Position numbers and translations under genes: made by a program
The notes under the pieces: model-generated
Databases searched by the model: none
What the model saw: only the letters and a program-made list of their open reading frames with translations
Told to the model about the DNA's origin: nothing
Source: Alphaproteobacteria bacterium
Lineage (GTDB): Bacteria; Pseudomonadota; Alphaproteobacteria; Paracaedibacterales; VGCI01
Length of the DNA: 64,000 nucleotides
Assembly: GCA_021323455.1 (NCBI GenBank)
Contig: JAJONN010000006.1
Location: 32,722-96,721 of the forward strand
Reading direction: 5' to 3'
In this document: one piece after another, positions 18,728 through 27,753 of the stretch
Layout: the number at the start of each line of letters is the position of its first letter
How positions within the stretch are numbered: the first letter of the stretch is position 1

Positions 18728-19000
18728 AGAGGCCACCCCGCCCTCTACTTCCTTGCTGGTTCCTGATGGAGCCAAGTCCTTTAAGCTAGGTTCCCTCTCT
18801 TCCAGGCGTTCGATGAACTCAGTCAATTGGTCATCGTTCATGTCGGCAATCCGGACGATGTTCGGAAGACGTTGAGGCATGAAAAGTCCCATGGCTTTGC
18901 CTTGCATCTCTTTGATGCGCCAGGCGGTATGCCATTTGCCGTCTTTCACGGCATTTTCGTAAATGGCGTTAATATCTTTCAAGATTTGCTCTTTTGTCAT
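18725..19000 (-). CDS. Hypothetical protein (91 aa)
   Basis: Intact ORF MTKEQILKDINAIYENAVKDGKWHTAWRIKEMQGKAMGLFMPQR. The ...GKAMGLF segment faintly resembles small-terminase-type proteins, but I cannot support a family call. Confidence 0.35.
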   Translation of the reverse strand: MTKEQILKDINAIYENAVKDGKWHTAWRIKEMQGKAMGLFMPQRLPNIVRIADMNDDQLTEFIERLEEREPSLKDLAPSGTSKEVEGGVAS

Positions 19001-19242
19001 TTTGAGGTCTCCTCATCTTTTAAAAACTATTTATCCACATAAAGCACGTTCAACCTTAAGGATTATCTGTGCCTTTTATCAAGTTTTATGATTGCCCATC
19101 CGAAAAAAAGCGAGGAAATAGAAGGGGTTGGGGTCAGGATGGGCATTTTTTCAGGTGGGGATTTCTTTGAGGAGGGTTCGTAAATTGTACGCTTACCTTT
19201 GACCTCTAAACAACAGAAAGCATGAGGACTGCTGTACCATTT

Positions 19243-19404
19243 CCTTTGTGGGAGAGGTTGGCGTAATTCGCGACAACGGAGCGAAGGGGGACGGGTATTA
19301 AAATTCTTCAGTTGTGTCCATGTTTGAGCGATATCGCGTCAATCCTACCCCTCACCCGCCATTTCGCTTACGCTTATGGCGACCTCTCCCACAAGGGGAG
19401 AGGT
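19243..19404. repeat. Two family A half-units in outward (tail-to-tail) arrangement
   Basis: 19243..19298 is the reverse complement of the unit (CCTTTGTGGGAGAGGTTGGCGTAATTCGCGACAACGGAGCGAAGGGGGACGGGTA). 19348..19404 is in forward orientation. The second copy overlaps the 3' end of the BON ORF. Confidence 0.6.
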
Positions 19405-19770
19405 ACAAACAGCCTGGACCTTTAAAGAACTAAACGTACAAAGTAGCATCGCCTTGCCTGTCCTTGGCCCTCGTTTACGAACGACCAGGTTATTTTTAAC
19501 ATCCTGAACGCCTTCAACGCTCCGGGCGACTTGCCCAGCCCGGGCCATTTCTTTTGAGGAGTCCACAAAACCGCTTAATTGGACCTGATTTTGGAAAGTC
19601 TCAACATGGATCTGGAACATCTTGAGGTCAGGGTCTTCAAGAATCCTGCTTTTGACAGACGTGGTAATTGTCGCATCATCCACATATTGCCCCATGGTTT
19701 CCCGACCAGAAAAAGCTGCACAAGCAGCAAGCACGATGGCGATCGGGGCCAAGCGCAGGATGCTTTTCAT
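19345..19770 (-). CDS. BON-domain lipoprotein (OsmY-like) with a repeat-derived C-terminal extension
   Basis: Lipobox-like MKSILRLAPIAIVLAACAAF. BON domain: DDATITTSVKSRILEDPDLKMFQIHVETFQNQVQLSGFVDSSKEMARAGQVARSVEGVQDVKNNLVV. The last ~25-30 aa (...CTSPLVGEVAISVSEMAGEG) are encoded by the family A repeat. Confidence 0.7.
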   Translation of the reverse strand: MKSILRLAPIAIVLAACAAFSGRETMGQYVDDATITTSVKSRILEDPDLKMFQIHVETFQNQVQLSGFVDSSKEMARAGQVARSVEGVQDVKNNLVVRKRGPRTGKAMLLCTFSSLKVQAVCTSPLVGEVAISVSEMAGEG

Positions 19771-19952
19771 TCTAACAGGGGCCATTTTCGTGAAACTTAC
19801 ACAGGTTGAGGTTATATTTTTAAAATTCACTCTGTTTCGCCTCTTGCTATTACCCTTCATGGCGGCACTCCTTTTCTTCTGTTATTGCACTATCCTAAGT
19901 TCAGTCATTAAGGTGAGATTTTAGCCCTCTCCAGCGATCTTCCAACATCCTG

Positions 19953-20115
19953 CCTTTGTGAGGTCCTCGCCTACGCGGCGGTAAACCCCGCCCCTTGACA
20001 ATCTCTTTATCTTTAATCCCATCAAGATTGCCGCGTCCCGCCACGTGCTTTGCACTCGCGGTTCCTCGCAATGACGTAGTCGGAGAGGCTGAAAATCTCC
20101 CTTTAATAACCGAGG
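19953..20115. repeat. Diverged family B-like element
   Basis: TTGACAATCTCTTTATCTTTAATCCCATCAAGATTGCCGCG...CCTCGCAATGACG shares the central loop and the CCTCGCAATG arm motif with family B copies. Confidence 0.5.
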
Positions 20116-20128
20116 TTAGCCCACTAAC

Positions 20129-20581
20129 CTAACTGATCTTGCCGATGGCTCTTTCCTGAACTTTTTCAATCAGGACAGGAATGGTAAGTTTCTGGGATTT
20201 CCTACAAATTTCAAAAGGGTATTTGACTCCACCTTTTAATCCATCCATGGCTTCCAAAGCGTCAGAAAGTTCACCGACAGGGAACTCGTTTATCTTGGTT
20301 ATAATATCCCCTGGTTCTAAGCCTGCCGTATGCGCAGGATGCTTAGGGATTACAGCGCTTATAAAGACGCCTTTTTCGGCGCATCCCGCAGCAGCTCTTT
20401 GTTCATCTGTTGCTGTAGACATCTCGACGCCAATAATATTCCGGCGGTCAGGTGAAGCGCTGTTAATGGCTTCCATATTCCCCGGACTTGTTGCATAAGA
20501 CACGGCAGGTATTAAGCCTGCTATGATAAGGGAAGCGCATGCCGCCTTTGTGAGTAATGAGTATTTAGTGATTTTTTTCAT
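20129..20581 (-). CDS. Secreted single-PDZ-domain protein
   Basis: Signal-like MKKITKYSLLTKAACASLIIAGLIPAVSYA. PDZ-like GVFISAVIPKHPAHTAGLEPGDIITKINEFPVGELSDALEAM. Confidence 0.6.
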   Translation of the reverse strand: MKKITKYSLLTKAACASLIIAGLIPAVSYATSPGNMEAINSASPDRRNIIGVEMSTATDEQRAAAGCAEKGVFISAVIPKHPAHTAGLEPGDIITKINEFPVGELSDALEAMDGLKGGVKYPFEICRKSQKLTIPVLIEKVQERAIGKIS

Positions 20582-20766
20582 TGGAATTCTCCTTCTATGT
20601 TGTTAGAGAAAGGCCATTTTTAAGCCTTCCCGTTAGCTTTAGCTTACCCTTAAACGGTAGGAGCATTTAAGTGATGAAACAAAGTGAAAAAACGGCAAGT
20701 TTTAACGTAGGGAGTAAGCGCTCTTATAAATTAATATAGAAAATATTTTGGTTAGGGTAAGCTGGT

Positions 20767-22560
20767 ATGACGACGCACCATTCTCCACGCGCCTTCCTTT
20801 GGCATTATGTAAAATTGTTTAAAGGCCGCTTTCTCGCGCTATTTTTGTGCCTTTTGATCTGGGCCCTCAATGAGTCTTTATTCCCTTATTTTATAAAGCT
20901 TATGGTTGATGAAGTTCAGGCGACAGCAGCTCCTTTGTCCTTATGGGAAAGGTTCCGTCTTCCCATCCTGGGCGCTGGAGGGTGTTGGTTGGCCATGGAA
21001 CTGGCCATGAGGATTTATGGGCTTATTGAAGTTTATCTTTTTCCTCAATTTAGGGCAAGAATGAGGGAGGATGTTTTTGCCTGGGTGAAAGAGCACTCCA
21101 TAGATTATTTTACGTCTAACCTGGCTGGTAGTTTAGGGGGAAAGATTGCCGACATTCCCAAAAGTAGTCAGAGTATTATCGAGGATTTCTTCTGGAATAT
21201 TCTGGGCGTCACTTTCATTTTTGTCGTTTCTTTAGGGGTTGTGGCGCAAGCTAGCCTCATCTTTACTGTCTTGATGGTTATTTGGTGTGCAGCGCACTTG
21301 AGCATCACGCTTTATTATCTTAAAGACATAGAACAGAAAACTTCCACGCATTATGAATCCCTGGCAAAGCTCAATGGCGAAACCGTTGATATTATTGGCA
21401 ATGCCGTTTACATGAAGCTGTTTTCCCGCGAGCCTTACGAAACACGCAGACTTAAAATTTTTCAGCAGGATGAAGTTGAAAAATCCATTATAGCAAACTG
21501 GATTCTGCAAAAGGTTAACTTCTTAAGGGGCTTTGTGTCCTTGTGTTTTATTTTTGCAACAATTTATTTACTGCTGGTGGGGTGGCAAGCCGGTTGGCTG
21601 ACGGTCGGGGATTTTCCCCTTGTTGCGATGAGCAGCTTTAATTTAATGGGTTCCATTTGGCAGATGAGCATGGCCTTACTGGATACGTTCCGGGATATGG
21701 GAACGCTGAATGGGGCCTTATCTCTCTTGAGAGAAAAGCATAAGGTCCAAGATAGGGTGGGTGCTGTTAACCTCATTCTCCATAAGGGAGAAATCGAATT
21801 TAAAAATGCTGTCTTTGGGTATAGAAAAAATGACCCCATATTTTCTGGCCTTTCCGCGCGCATTGCGCCTCATGAAAAAGTCGGGCTTGTCGGATTTTCC
21901 GGCTCAGGCAAAACAACCTTTGTGAACCTTATCTTAAGAGCTTATGACCTAGCGTCTGGGCAAATCCTGATTGATGGTCAAGATATTGCCACGGTAACGC
22001 AATCTTCCTTAAGAGAACAAATTACCCTTATTCCCCAAGAGCCGGGTTTGTTCCACAGGTCCATTCGGGAAAATATCGCCTATGGAAAGCTCGGCGCGTC
22101 CCAGGATGAAATAGAGGAAGCTGCCCGTATGGCCCATTGCCATGAGTTTATCCTCAATCTTGAGAACGGCTATGAAACCGTTGTGGGTGAGCGGGGGTTG
22201 AAGCTCTCAGGTGGTCAACGTCAAAGGCTTTCCATCGCCAGGGCCTTTCTTAAAAATTCCCCTATTCTTCTTCTTGACGAAGCAACCTCGGCGCTTGATT
22301 CAGCGACCGAGAAAGAGATTCAAGAAAGCCTTGCCCGCCTCATGGTGAACAAGACTGTGCTTGTGGTTGCCCATCGGCTTTCGACCCTCAAGCAAATGAG
22401 CCGTATTATCGTTTTTCATAAAGGTAAAATTATCGAGGAAGGTCCCCAAGAGAAGCTTATGGCCTACGATAGCCATTTCGCGCATTTATGGTCGCTGCAG
22501 CAAGAGGGCTTTTTGCCTGATAAGGACGTGCAGAGGGCGAGGGTGAAAAAGAGGGCATGA
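20767..22560 (+). CDS. ABC transporter, fused permease/ATP-binding protein (MsbA-like exporter type)
   Basis: 597 aa. N-terminal six-helix TMD, Walker A GFSGSGKTT, signature LSGGQRQRLSIARA, Walker B ILLLDEATSALD, H-loop VVAHRLST. Confidence 0.85.
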   Translation: MTTHHSPRAFLWHYVKLFKGRFLALFLCLLIWALNESLFPYFIKLMVDEVQATAAPLSLWERFRLPILGAGGCWLAMELAMRIYGLIEVYLFPQFRARMREDVFAWVKEHSIDYFTSNLAGSLGGKIADIPKSSQSIIEDFFWNILGVTFIFVVSLGVVAQASLIFTVLMVIWCAAHLSITLYYLKDIEQKTSTHYESLAKLNGETVDIIGNAVYMKLFSREPYETRRLKIFQQDEVEKSIIANWILQKVNFLRGFVSLCFIFATIYLLLVGWQAGWLTVGDFPLVAMSSFNLMGSIWQMSMALLDTFRDMGTLNGALSLLREKHKVQDRVGAVNLILHKGEIEFKNAVFGYRKNDPIFSGLSARIAPHEKVGLVGFSGSGKTTFVNLILRAYDLASGQILIDGQDIATVTQSSLREQITLIPQEPGLFHRSIRENIAYGKLGASQDEIEEAARMAHCHEFILNLENGYETVVGERGLKLSGGQRQRLSIARAFLKNSPILLLDEATSALDSATEKEIQESLARLMVNKTVLVVAHRLSTLKQMSRIIVFHKGKIIEEGPQEKLMAYDSHFAHLWSLQQEGFLPDKDVQRARVKKRA

Positions 22561-22801
22561 CGTATTTTGATCATCCAATCTTTTCTCCATGGTCGGCGTT
22601 TCTGAATGAGCAACCCCTTTTTCAAAAGCTGTTTGTCCGTCGAGAAACACCTTTAACGTTAAAAAGAAGCCGTATTTCACTTTGATGAAGAGAGCGCAGT
22701 TTTTTATTATTAAAAACGAGGGTCCATCCACTTTTGTAAGAAACCTAAAAATATGAATAGAAAGCAAAAAATTATTGAAGCTAAAATTTGCACTTGGGGG
22801 T

Positions 22802-22982
22802 GTCATCCTGGGGTTTAGGAAACCTAGGCGAAGCTTTAGCGAGCCTTTAGGTTTCCTTAGAACCCGGGATCCATGTATCCTCTAGGTGCTTGGAAAATTT
22901 CAAAATACATGGATCCCGGCTCCTTAGGTTTTGTAACGTTTCGCTGACGCGAAAACGAACAAAACCTAAGGGCCAGGATGAC
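22802..22982. repeat. MITE-like element, family E (nested palindromes)
   Basis: Termini GTCATCCTGGGGTTTAGG ... CCTAAGGGCCAGGATGAC. Internal hairpins GGGATCCATGTAT...ATACATGGATCCC and CCTTAGGTTTTGT...ACAAAACCTAAGG. Confidence 0.55.
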
Positions 22983-23048
22983 ACGGATAGAGTTGTTTTT
23001 AAAAAAGTGGACAGAGCCTAAGAAAAAGATAAGTAGAGGAGATCCAAG

Positions 23049-23495
23049 ATGGTAACATTTGTTGGAAACCAAGAAGATTTTGCAGAAGCTTTAAAAGAAT
23101 TGTTAGAGTTGGAATATGGCGCAGCCGATGCGTATGGAGCAGCTGTTGAACGCCTTGAAAACCCAGAGTACCGTCAAAAATTAGAAGAATTTAAAGGAGA
23201 TCATGAGCGCCACATTCAGGAGATTTCTGCTCTTCTTGCTAAAAACCACCATGACATTCCTGAAAAGGGGACCATCGGTAAACAGCTTTTAACGACAGGG
23301 AAAGTTGTTGTGGCCAATATGATGGGGGATAACACCATTCTTCAGGCCATGAAAAGTAATGAAATCGATACCAATACGGCTTACGAGCGTATGCAGGCCC
23401 ATCAAAATAAATGGCCGGAGGCTGAGGATATGATTTCTCGCGGTCTTAAGGATGAGAAAAAACATAAGGAATGGCTAGAGTCGGTTAACTCTTGA
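23049..23495 (+). CDS. Ferritin-like four-helix-bundle protein (DUF2383-like)
   Basis: ELEYGAADAYGAAVERLENPEYRQKLEEFKGDHERHIQEI...NTAYERM...LKDEKKHKEWL. This is a paired E..H helix pattern. The family assignment is tentative. Confidence 0.45.
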   Translation: MVTFVGNQEDFAEALKELLELEYGAADAYGAAVERLENPEYRQKLEEFKGDHERHIQEISALLAKNHHDIPEKGTIGKQLLTTGKVVVANMMGDNTILQAMKSNEIDTNTAYERMQAHQNKWPEAEDMISRGLKDEKKHKEWLESVNS

Positions 23496-23711
23496 AGACG
23501 TTCTTTAGGGCGTCCTATGATGGTTTTTCCAGGGTTTACAGTTTTATACGATCTAGCACATTGCACAGTTAATTCTGGCTTGAAGGTCAGGGCTGTTTCT
23601 ACCTCTCCCACAAGGGGGGAGGTACAGCAGCCCTCATGCTTCCTGTTGGTTTTTTCTCCATAACGCGGGCTTATCATATCGTTAGCATAGAAAGAAGGGA
23701 GGAGTTATTGT

Positions 23712-24251
23712 ATGGATGTCGATAAGAAAAAACTTGTGCCTCGTTCAAAAGAATCAACAATTCAAGAGCTTGGCGTTGAGCAGTATAAGCTTGCTTTTGA
23801 ACAGTATAAACTTCTTGTGGATTCAATTGACAAAATAAACGACACTCGCGAAAGTTCAAATAATTTTTGGATAGGTGCGAATAGTGCGTGTGTCTCTATT
23901 CTGGCTTACCTGAGAGATACCCAAAGCATTCAATATGGTCATAAGCCCTTTTTACTGGTGGCGTTAATTATTATTGGCGTCATTTTTACGGTATCTTGGA
24001 TGAGCTACTTGCGAAAAATTAAGCAATCTATTGAATTAAGAAGCGAGTATCTGGTGGGTTTGGAAAAAAACTTCCCTGTCCCTGTGTTCGGTCGAATCTT
24101 TGCTTCTCCCTCAGAAAGCCAGAGTCAAACAGTCTTAGCTGCGTTAACAAGGCGAGAAATGCTTGTTCCTTGTATATTTTTTGTGAGTTATCTTATTTTC
24201 GGTGTATTGCTTTATTTTTTTCCCCAAGAAGTTGTCGCTGCCAAACCTTAA
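23712..24251 (+). CDS. Small integral membrane protein (possibly RipA-like)
   Basis: 179 aa. Amphipathic N-terminus EQYKLLVDSIDKINDTRESSNNFW followed by three hydrophobic helices (IGANSACVSILAYL, FLLVALIIIGVIFTVSWMSYL, LVPCIFFVSYLIFGVLLYFF). Confidence 0.4.
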   Translation: MDVDKKKLVPRSKESTIQELGVEQYKLAFEQYKLLVDSIDKINDTRESSNNFWIGANSACVSILAYLRDTQSIQYGHKPFLLVALIIIGVIFTVSWMSYLRKIKQSIELRSEYLVGLEKNFPVPVFGRIFASPSESQSQTVLAALTRREMLVPCIFFVSYLIFGVLLYFFPQEVVAAKP

Positions 24252-24388
24252 GGGTAAGTCCCCCTCTTAGAGGGCCTTATCCTTTCCTTTCTGCGCATTT
24301 TCCCCATCGCCTGGTTGCCTCAGGTTTCATTGCGTTTGTGCATAAGATTTGCAAATCATATGGAAACACTTTATAGTCTTTGAATAAC

Positions 24389-24535
24389 CGAGGGCGTTTC
24401 ATTACTTATCGTCTTTTGGGGTGGAAATGGCGGCTTTCTGTGCTTCTGTTTTTCAAATACGTCTTTGTATTCTGGGATACGGTTCTCGAAATCCACCCTT
24501 TTCGCCTCAAAGCCCTTCAATCGATGACGCCCTAG
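24389..24535. repeat. MITE-like element, family C copy 3
   Basis: GAGGGCGTTTCATTACTTATCGTCTTTTGGGGTGGAAATGGCGG...ACGGTTCTCGAAATCCACCC...CAATCGATGACGCCCTAGG. A further partial terminus (GATGACACGTCTTAG) lies at about 24558..24572. Confidence 0.6.
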
Positions 24536-24717
24536 GGTGCCTCATCGATTGTGCTCTTGATGACACGTCTTAGAAGGTTTTGCTCCGGGCACCATAAGAA
24601 ACCATAAAATAAGGACTTTCTGGTGAGGTCACCTGATCAGAAGGCGGGCGAAATTTTTATCATTTAATAGATAATCTGCCTTTATGATCAACAGACTCAA
24701 CCAGGAAGGAAGATCCT

Positions 24718-25449
24718 ATGCCGCTCAATATCAATGAACTTGACTTATACCTTGGTAAACGTCTAAAAGCTTTCCGCCTTAAAATGAACTGGCCTTTAAA
24801 AACTTTGGCGATGAAACTGGGCGTCTCTCCCCAGCAGTTACAGCGTTATGAAACAGGAATGAATAAAATATCTGCAAGTTTGCTTTATACGATTGCTCAC
24901 GAGCTGAATACAGATGTTGCTTTTTTTTACGAAGGTTATGAGGGGCTTCCCAAAAGCCTTCCTCTTCCCCAGACACCCAACAATATCTTACTCATCGAAG
25001 AAAACAGGGATGATGAGGCCTTGTTCCGGCAAGCTTTAATGGAGTTTCCCGAAAAACTCAATATTTATTCGTGTCACGATGGAGAAGAAGCGGTTAATTT
25101 TTTCCGCAGGCTTGAAGAAAGCGCAGCCTTATTTTTTCCCAAGCCTGACTTGATTTTCCTTGATTTAATGATTCCGGGGATTAATGGGTTTGATGTGCTA
25201 AAAGACATTAAGCGCCGTTCAAGCGTTCAGAATACCCCTGTGGTTATTTTCTCAAGAAATGCTTCCCATGAAGATATGCTGAGGTCCTACTGTCTGCATG
25301 CAAGCGGCTTTATTAATATGTCCTTCTCTTATAATGAGGTGAGAGAACAAATTCACAAAACGTTGGCCTATTGGATCCATACGGTAACTTTGCCTTCCTC
25401 CGGCAACCATGACCATGCCAATGGGGTGGACAGCACCCTTCAGGCCTGA
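24718..25449 (+). CDS. Fusion of N-terminal XRE-family HTH and C-terminal CheY-like receiver (Rcp1-like REC)
   Basis: HTH: LGKRLKAFRLKMNWPLKTLAMKLGVSPQQLQRYETGMNKISASLLYTIAHEL. REC: ILLIEENRDDEALFRQAL...PDLIFLDLMIPGINGFDVLKDIK...TPVVIFSRNASHEDMLRSYCLHASGFINMSF. Confidence 0.7.
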   Translation: MPLNINELDLYLGKRLKAFRLKMNWPLKTLAMKLGVSPQQLQRYETGMNKISASLLYTIAHELNTDVAFFYEGYEGLPKSLPLPQTPNNILLIEENRDDEALFRQALMEFPEKLNIYSCHDGEEAVNFFRRLEESAALFFPKPDLIFLDLMIPGINGFDVLKDIKRRSSVQNTPVVIFSRNASHEDMLRSYCLHASGFINMSFSYNEVREQIHKTLAYWIHTVTLPSSGNHDHANGVDSTLQA

Positions 25450-25506
25450 ATCTTCGGGAAAGACGTATGAAAATATGCTTTTTCCTTATATGGAATTGAA
25501 GTTAAT

Positions 25507-26457
25507 TTATTCATATTCAATCACGCTCTTCTCTGTTTTTACCGTCCTTTTCGCCCTGGGGTGGGCGCTGTTATAGACTTTCATTAACCGGACGGTATCA
25601 ACGTCTGTATAAATTTGGGTTGTGGAAAGAGAGGCATGCCCTAACAATTCCTGGATGCCCCGTAAATCGCCCGAAGCGCTCATGAGATGTGTGGCGCAAC
25701 TATGGCGTAAGGCATGGGGCGTTGCTGTCTCTGGCAGCCCAATGGCCCGCCGGTAGTCGCGCATGGATTTTTGGGCCATGCCGGGATTCAGTTTTCCCCC
25801 CTTTTCGCCAACAAATAAAGGGCCATCAGGAGCCAGGACAAAAGGACACAAACGGATATACTCTTGAAGGGTTTGGCTGACCATTGGCAAAATGGGAACC
25901 AGACGTTCCCGCTTGCCTTTTCCCTGGATCAACAGCCTATCGGATTCTAAAGGCGCTTGTTTGCGGGTAAGGCTTAAAGCTTCCCCCAGCCGCAACCCGG
26001 CAGAATAGAGAAGGGTAAAGAGCGCCCGGTTGCGAGCCCCTATCCAAAAGTCTTCGGCGGAAAGGTCGATATCTTTTACCAGGCTTTTCGCTTGGTCAAT
26101 GCTTAAAGGGCGCGGCAGACCAACCTTGACGCGCGGAGACCGGATGCTAGCCAAGGCGGTATTCGGGGCGTACCCCTGTTTGGCGAGAAACCGGAAAAAA
26201 CTACGGGTCACAGATAAAGCACGCGCTGTGGAGCGGTGCCCATAGCCTTCTGAAGAGCGTCCCGCAAGCCATGCGCGAAAATCCCGAACGGTAAGGCGCG
26301 TTAGCTCCTCAACCGATAGATTGTTCCCCTGATGGGCGTTTTGAAAGGTTAGAAACTGTCGGATATCCCCTTCATAAGCCGCAACGGTATGCGGGGACAT
26401 TTTTCGGGCATCCTGCAGCCAGTCAATCCACTGGCTTAAGAGGAGGGAAGGGGGCAT
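25507..26457 (-). CDS. Tyrosine site-specific recombinase, XerC/XerD family
   Basis: N-terminal SAM-like domain with SPHTVAAYEGDIRQFLTF. Catalytic region GLRLGEAL...HALRHSCATHLMSASGDLRGIQELLGHASLSTTQIYT (R..HxxR..Y). Confidence 0.85.
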   Translation of the reverse strand: MPPSLLLSQWIDWLQDARKMSPHTVAAYEGDIRQFLTFQNAHQGNNLSVEELTRLTVRDFRAWLAGRSSEGYGHRSTARALSVTRSFFRFLAKQGYAPNTALASIRSPRVKVGLPRPLSIDQAKSLVKDIDLSAEDFWIGARNRALFTLLYSAGLRLGEALSLTRKQAPLESDRLLIQGKGKRERLVPILPMVSQTLQEYIRLCPFVLAPDGPLFVGEKGGKLNPGMAQKSMRDYRRAIGLPETATPHALRHSCATHLMSASGDLRGIQELLGHASLSTTQIYTDVDTVRLMKVYNSAHPRAKRTVKTEKSVIEYE

Positions 26458-26495
26458 TGCTGTGGTGCTCCAGAGTTACGTTTTTTTGCTGAGGT

Positions 26496-26617
26496 TATAC
26501 GAGGCTCGGCCATAAAATGAGGTTTTTATTCTCTGACGCGACTTTCAGCATCTCGTCATTGCGAGGCCGAAGGCCGTGGCAATCTCTTTGTCTTTATCCC
26601 ATCAAGATTGCCGCGTG
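26496..26617. repeat. Family B half-element (left arm plus loop only)
   Basis: TTATACGAGGCTCGGCCATAAAATGAGGTTTTTATTCTCTGACGCGACTTTCAGCATCTCGTCATTGCGAGGCCGAAGGCCGTGGCAATCTCTTTGTCTTTATCCCATCAAGATTGCCGCG, then it is truncated. Confidence 0.55.
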
Positions 26618-26782
26618 TTTTTTTATTCTCACTCCCTTAGTTTACTCTAAAACCCTTTAAAACTCTACTAAAAGAAGCGTGTTTACTCTTATGTACGTTC
26701 CCGGTAGCGTTGTTGTCCCTAGAAAATTCCGGTAAAATGCCTTACACAGTAGGTACACAAGAGGCTTTTAAAGGTTAGGGTC

Positions 26783-27736
26783 ATGATTTGTGCGCCAACT
26801 CCCCAAGGAATTTCTGAGGCTTGCCGTTTGTTAAGGGCGGGGCAGGTTGTGGGAATGCCAACAGAAACAGTTTATGGTTTAGCGGCGGATGCCACCCAGG
26901 ATCATGCCGTTGCCCGCATTTTTGAGGTGAAAAACCGCCCCACCTTTAATCCTTTGATTATTCATGTGGCTTCAGCGGTAGAAGCGTTGGATCTGGTTGA
27001 GATGTCCTTGGAAGCTCAATCCTTGATGGAGATCTTTTGGCCCGGGCCTTTGACGCTAGTGTTAAACCGAAAGAAGGATTGTCCTGTTTCTTTATTGGCA
27101 AGCGGGGGGCTGGATACCCTTGCTATTCGTTGCCCCGCGCACCCCATTGCTGGACGGTTAATTCGGGAATATGGCCGTCCTTTGGCGGCGCCCAGCGCCA
27201 ACCGGTCTATGGGTATTAGCCCCACATCTGCAGAAGATGTGCAGGCATCCTTGGGTGATCAAGTTCCCTTGATCATTGACGGGGGCCGATGTGAGGTTGG
27301 CCTGGAGTCCACCATATTGGATTTATCAGGTGATGTGCCCGTTTTGCTGCGCCCAGGCAGTATTTTGGCGGAATCCCTGGAGGCGATCATCGGATCTGTT
27401 GGTCGGATCAAGAAAGATCGCTCTGTTTCCTTTCCTGTGAAAGCGCCGGGTATGATGCGCCGCCACTATGCGCCCCACCGGCCTTTGCGCCTCAATGCAA
27501 CGGATTGCCATCCCGGGGAAGCCCTCCTCGGGTTTGGAAGCGCTGGTTCCCTTCCTGTCATTTTAAACCTTAGTGAAATGGCGGATTTAACAGAAGCGGC
27601 CGCCAATTTATTTCAGATGATGCGCCAGTTAGACAGGGACCCTTATACCGGGATTGCGGTGATGCCCATTCCTTTTACAGGATTGGGCATCGCGATCAAT
27701 GATCGGTTGCAAAGAGCGGCTGCTCTTGAGGAATAG
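26783..27736 (+). CDS. tsaC: L-threonylcarbamoyladenylate synthase (Sua5/YwlC long form)
   Basis: [21 protein letters not shown]...[12 protein letters not shown]...GPLTLVL...AIRCPAHP...[17 protein letters not shown], plus a C-terminal Sua5 domain. Confidence 0.85.
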   Translation: MICAPTPQGISEACRLLRAGQVVGMPTETVYGLAADATQDHAVARIFEVKNRPTFNPLIIHVASAVEALDLVEMSLEAQSLMEIFWPGPLTLVLNRKKDCPVSLLASGGLDTLAIRCPAHPIAGRLIREYGRPLAAPSANRSMGISPTSAEDVQASLGDQVPLIIDGGRCEVGLESTILDLSGDVPVLLRPGSILAESLEAIIGSVGRIKKDRSVSFPVKAPGMMRRHYAPHRPLRLNATDCHPGEALLGFGSAGSLPVILNLSEMADLTEAAANLFQMMRQLDRDPYTGIAVMPIPFTGLGIAINDRLQRAAALEE

Positions 27737-27753
27737 ATAGATGGAGGAAACCC

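Noticed and set aside
19033-19041. A perfect DnaA box, TTATCCACA
   Set aside because: It is a single isolated box with no cluster, no adjacent AT-rich DUE and no ori-typical neighbouring genes, so it is most likely a chance occurrence.
22486-23072. ORFs 22486..22806 and 22857..23072 on the minus strand
   Set aside because: They overlap the ABC transporter 3' end, the family E palindromic element and the start of the downstream gene, so they are repeat- or shadow-derived.
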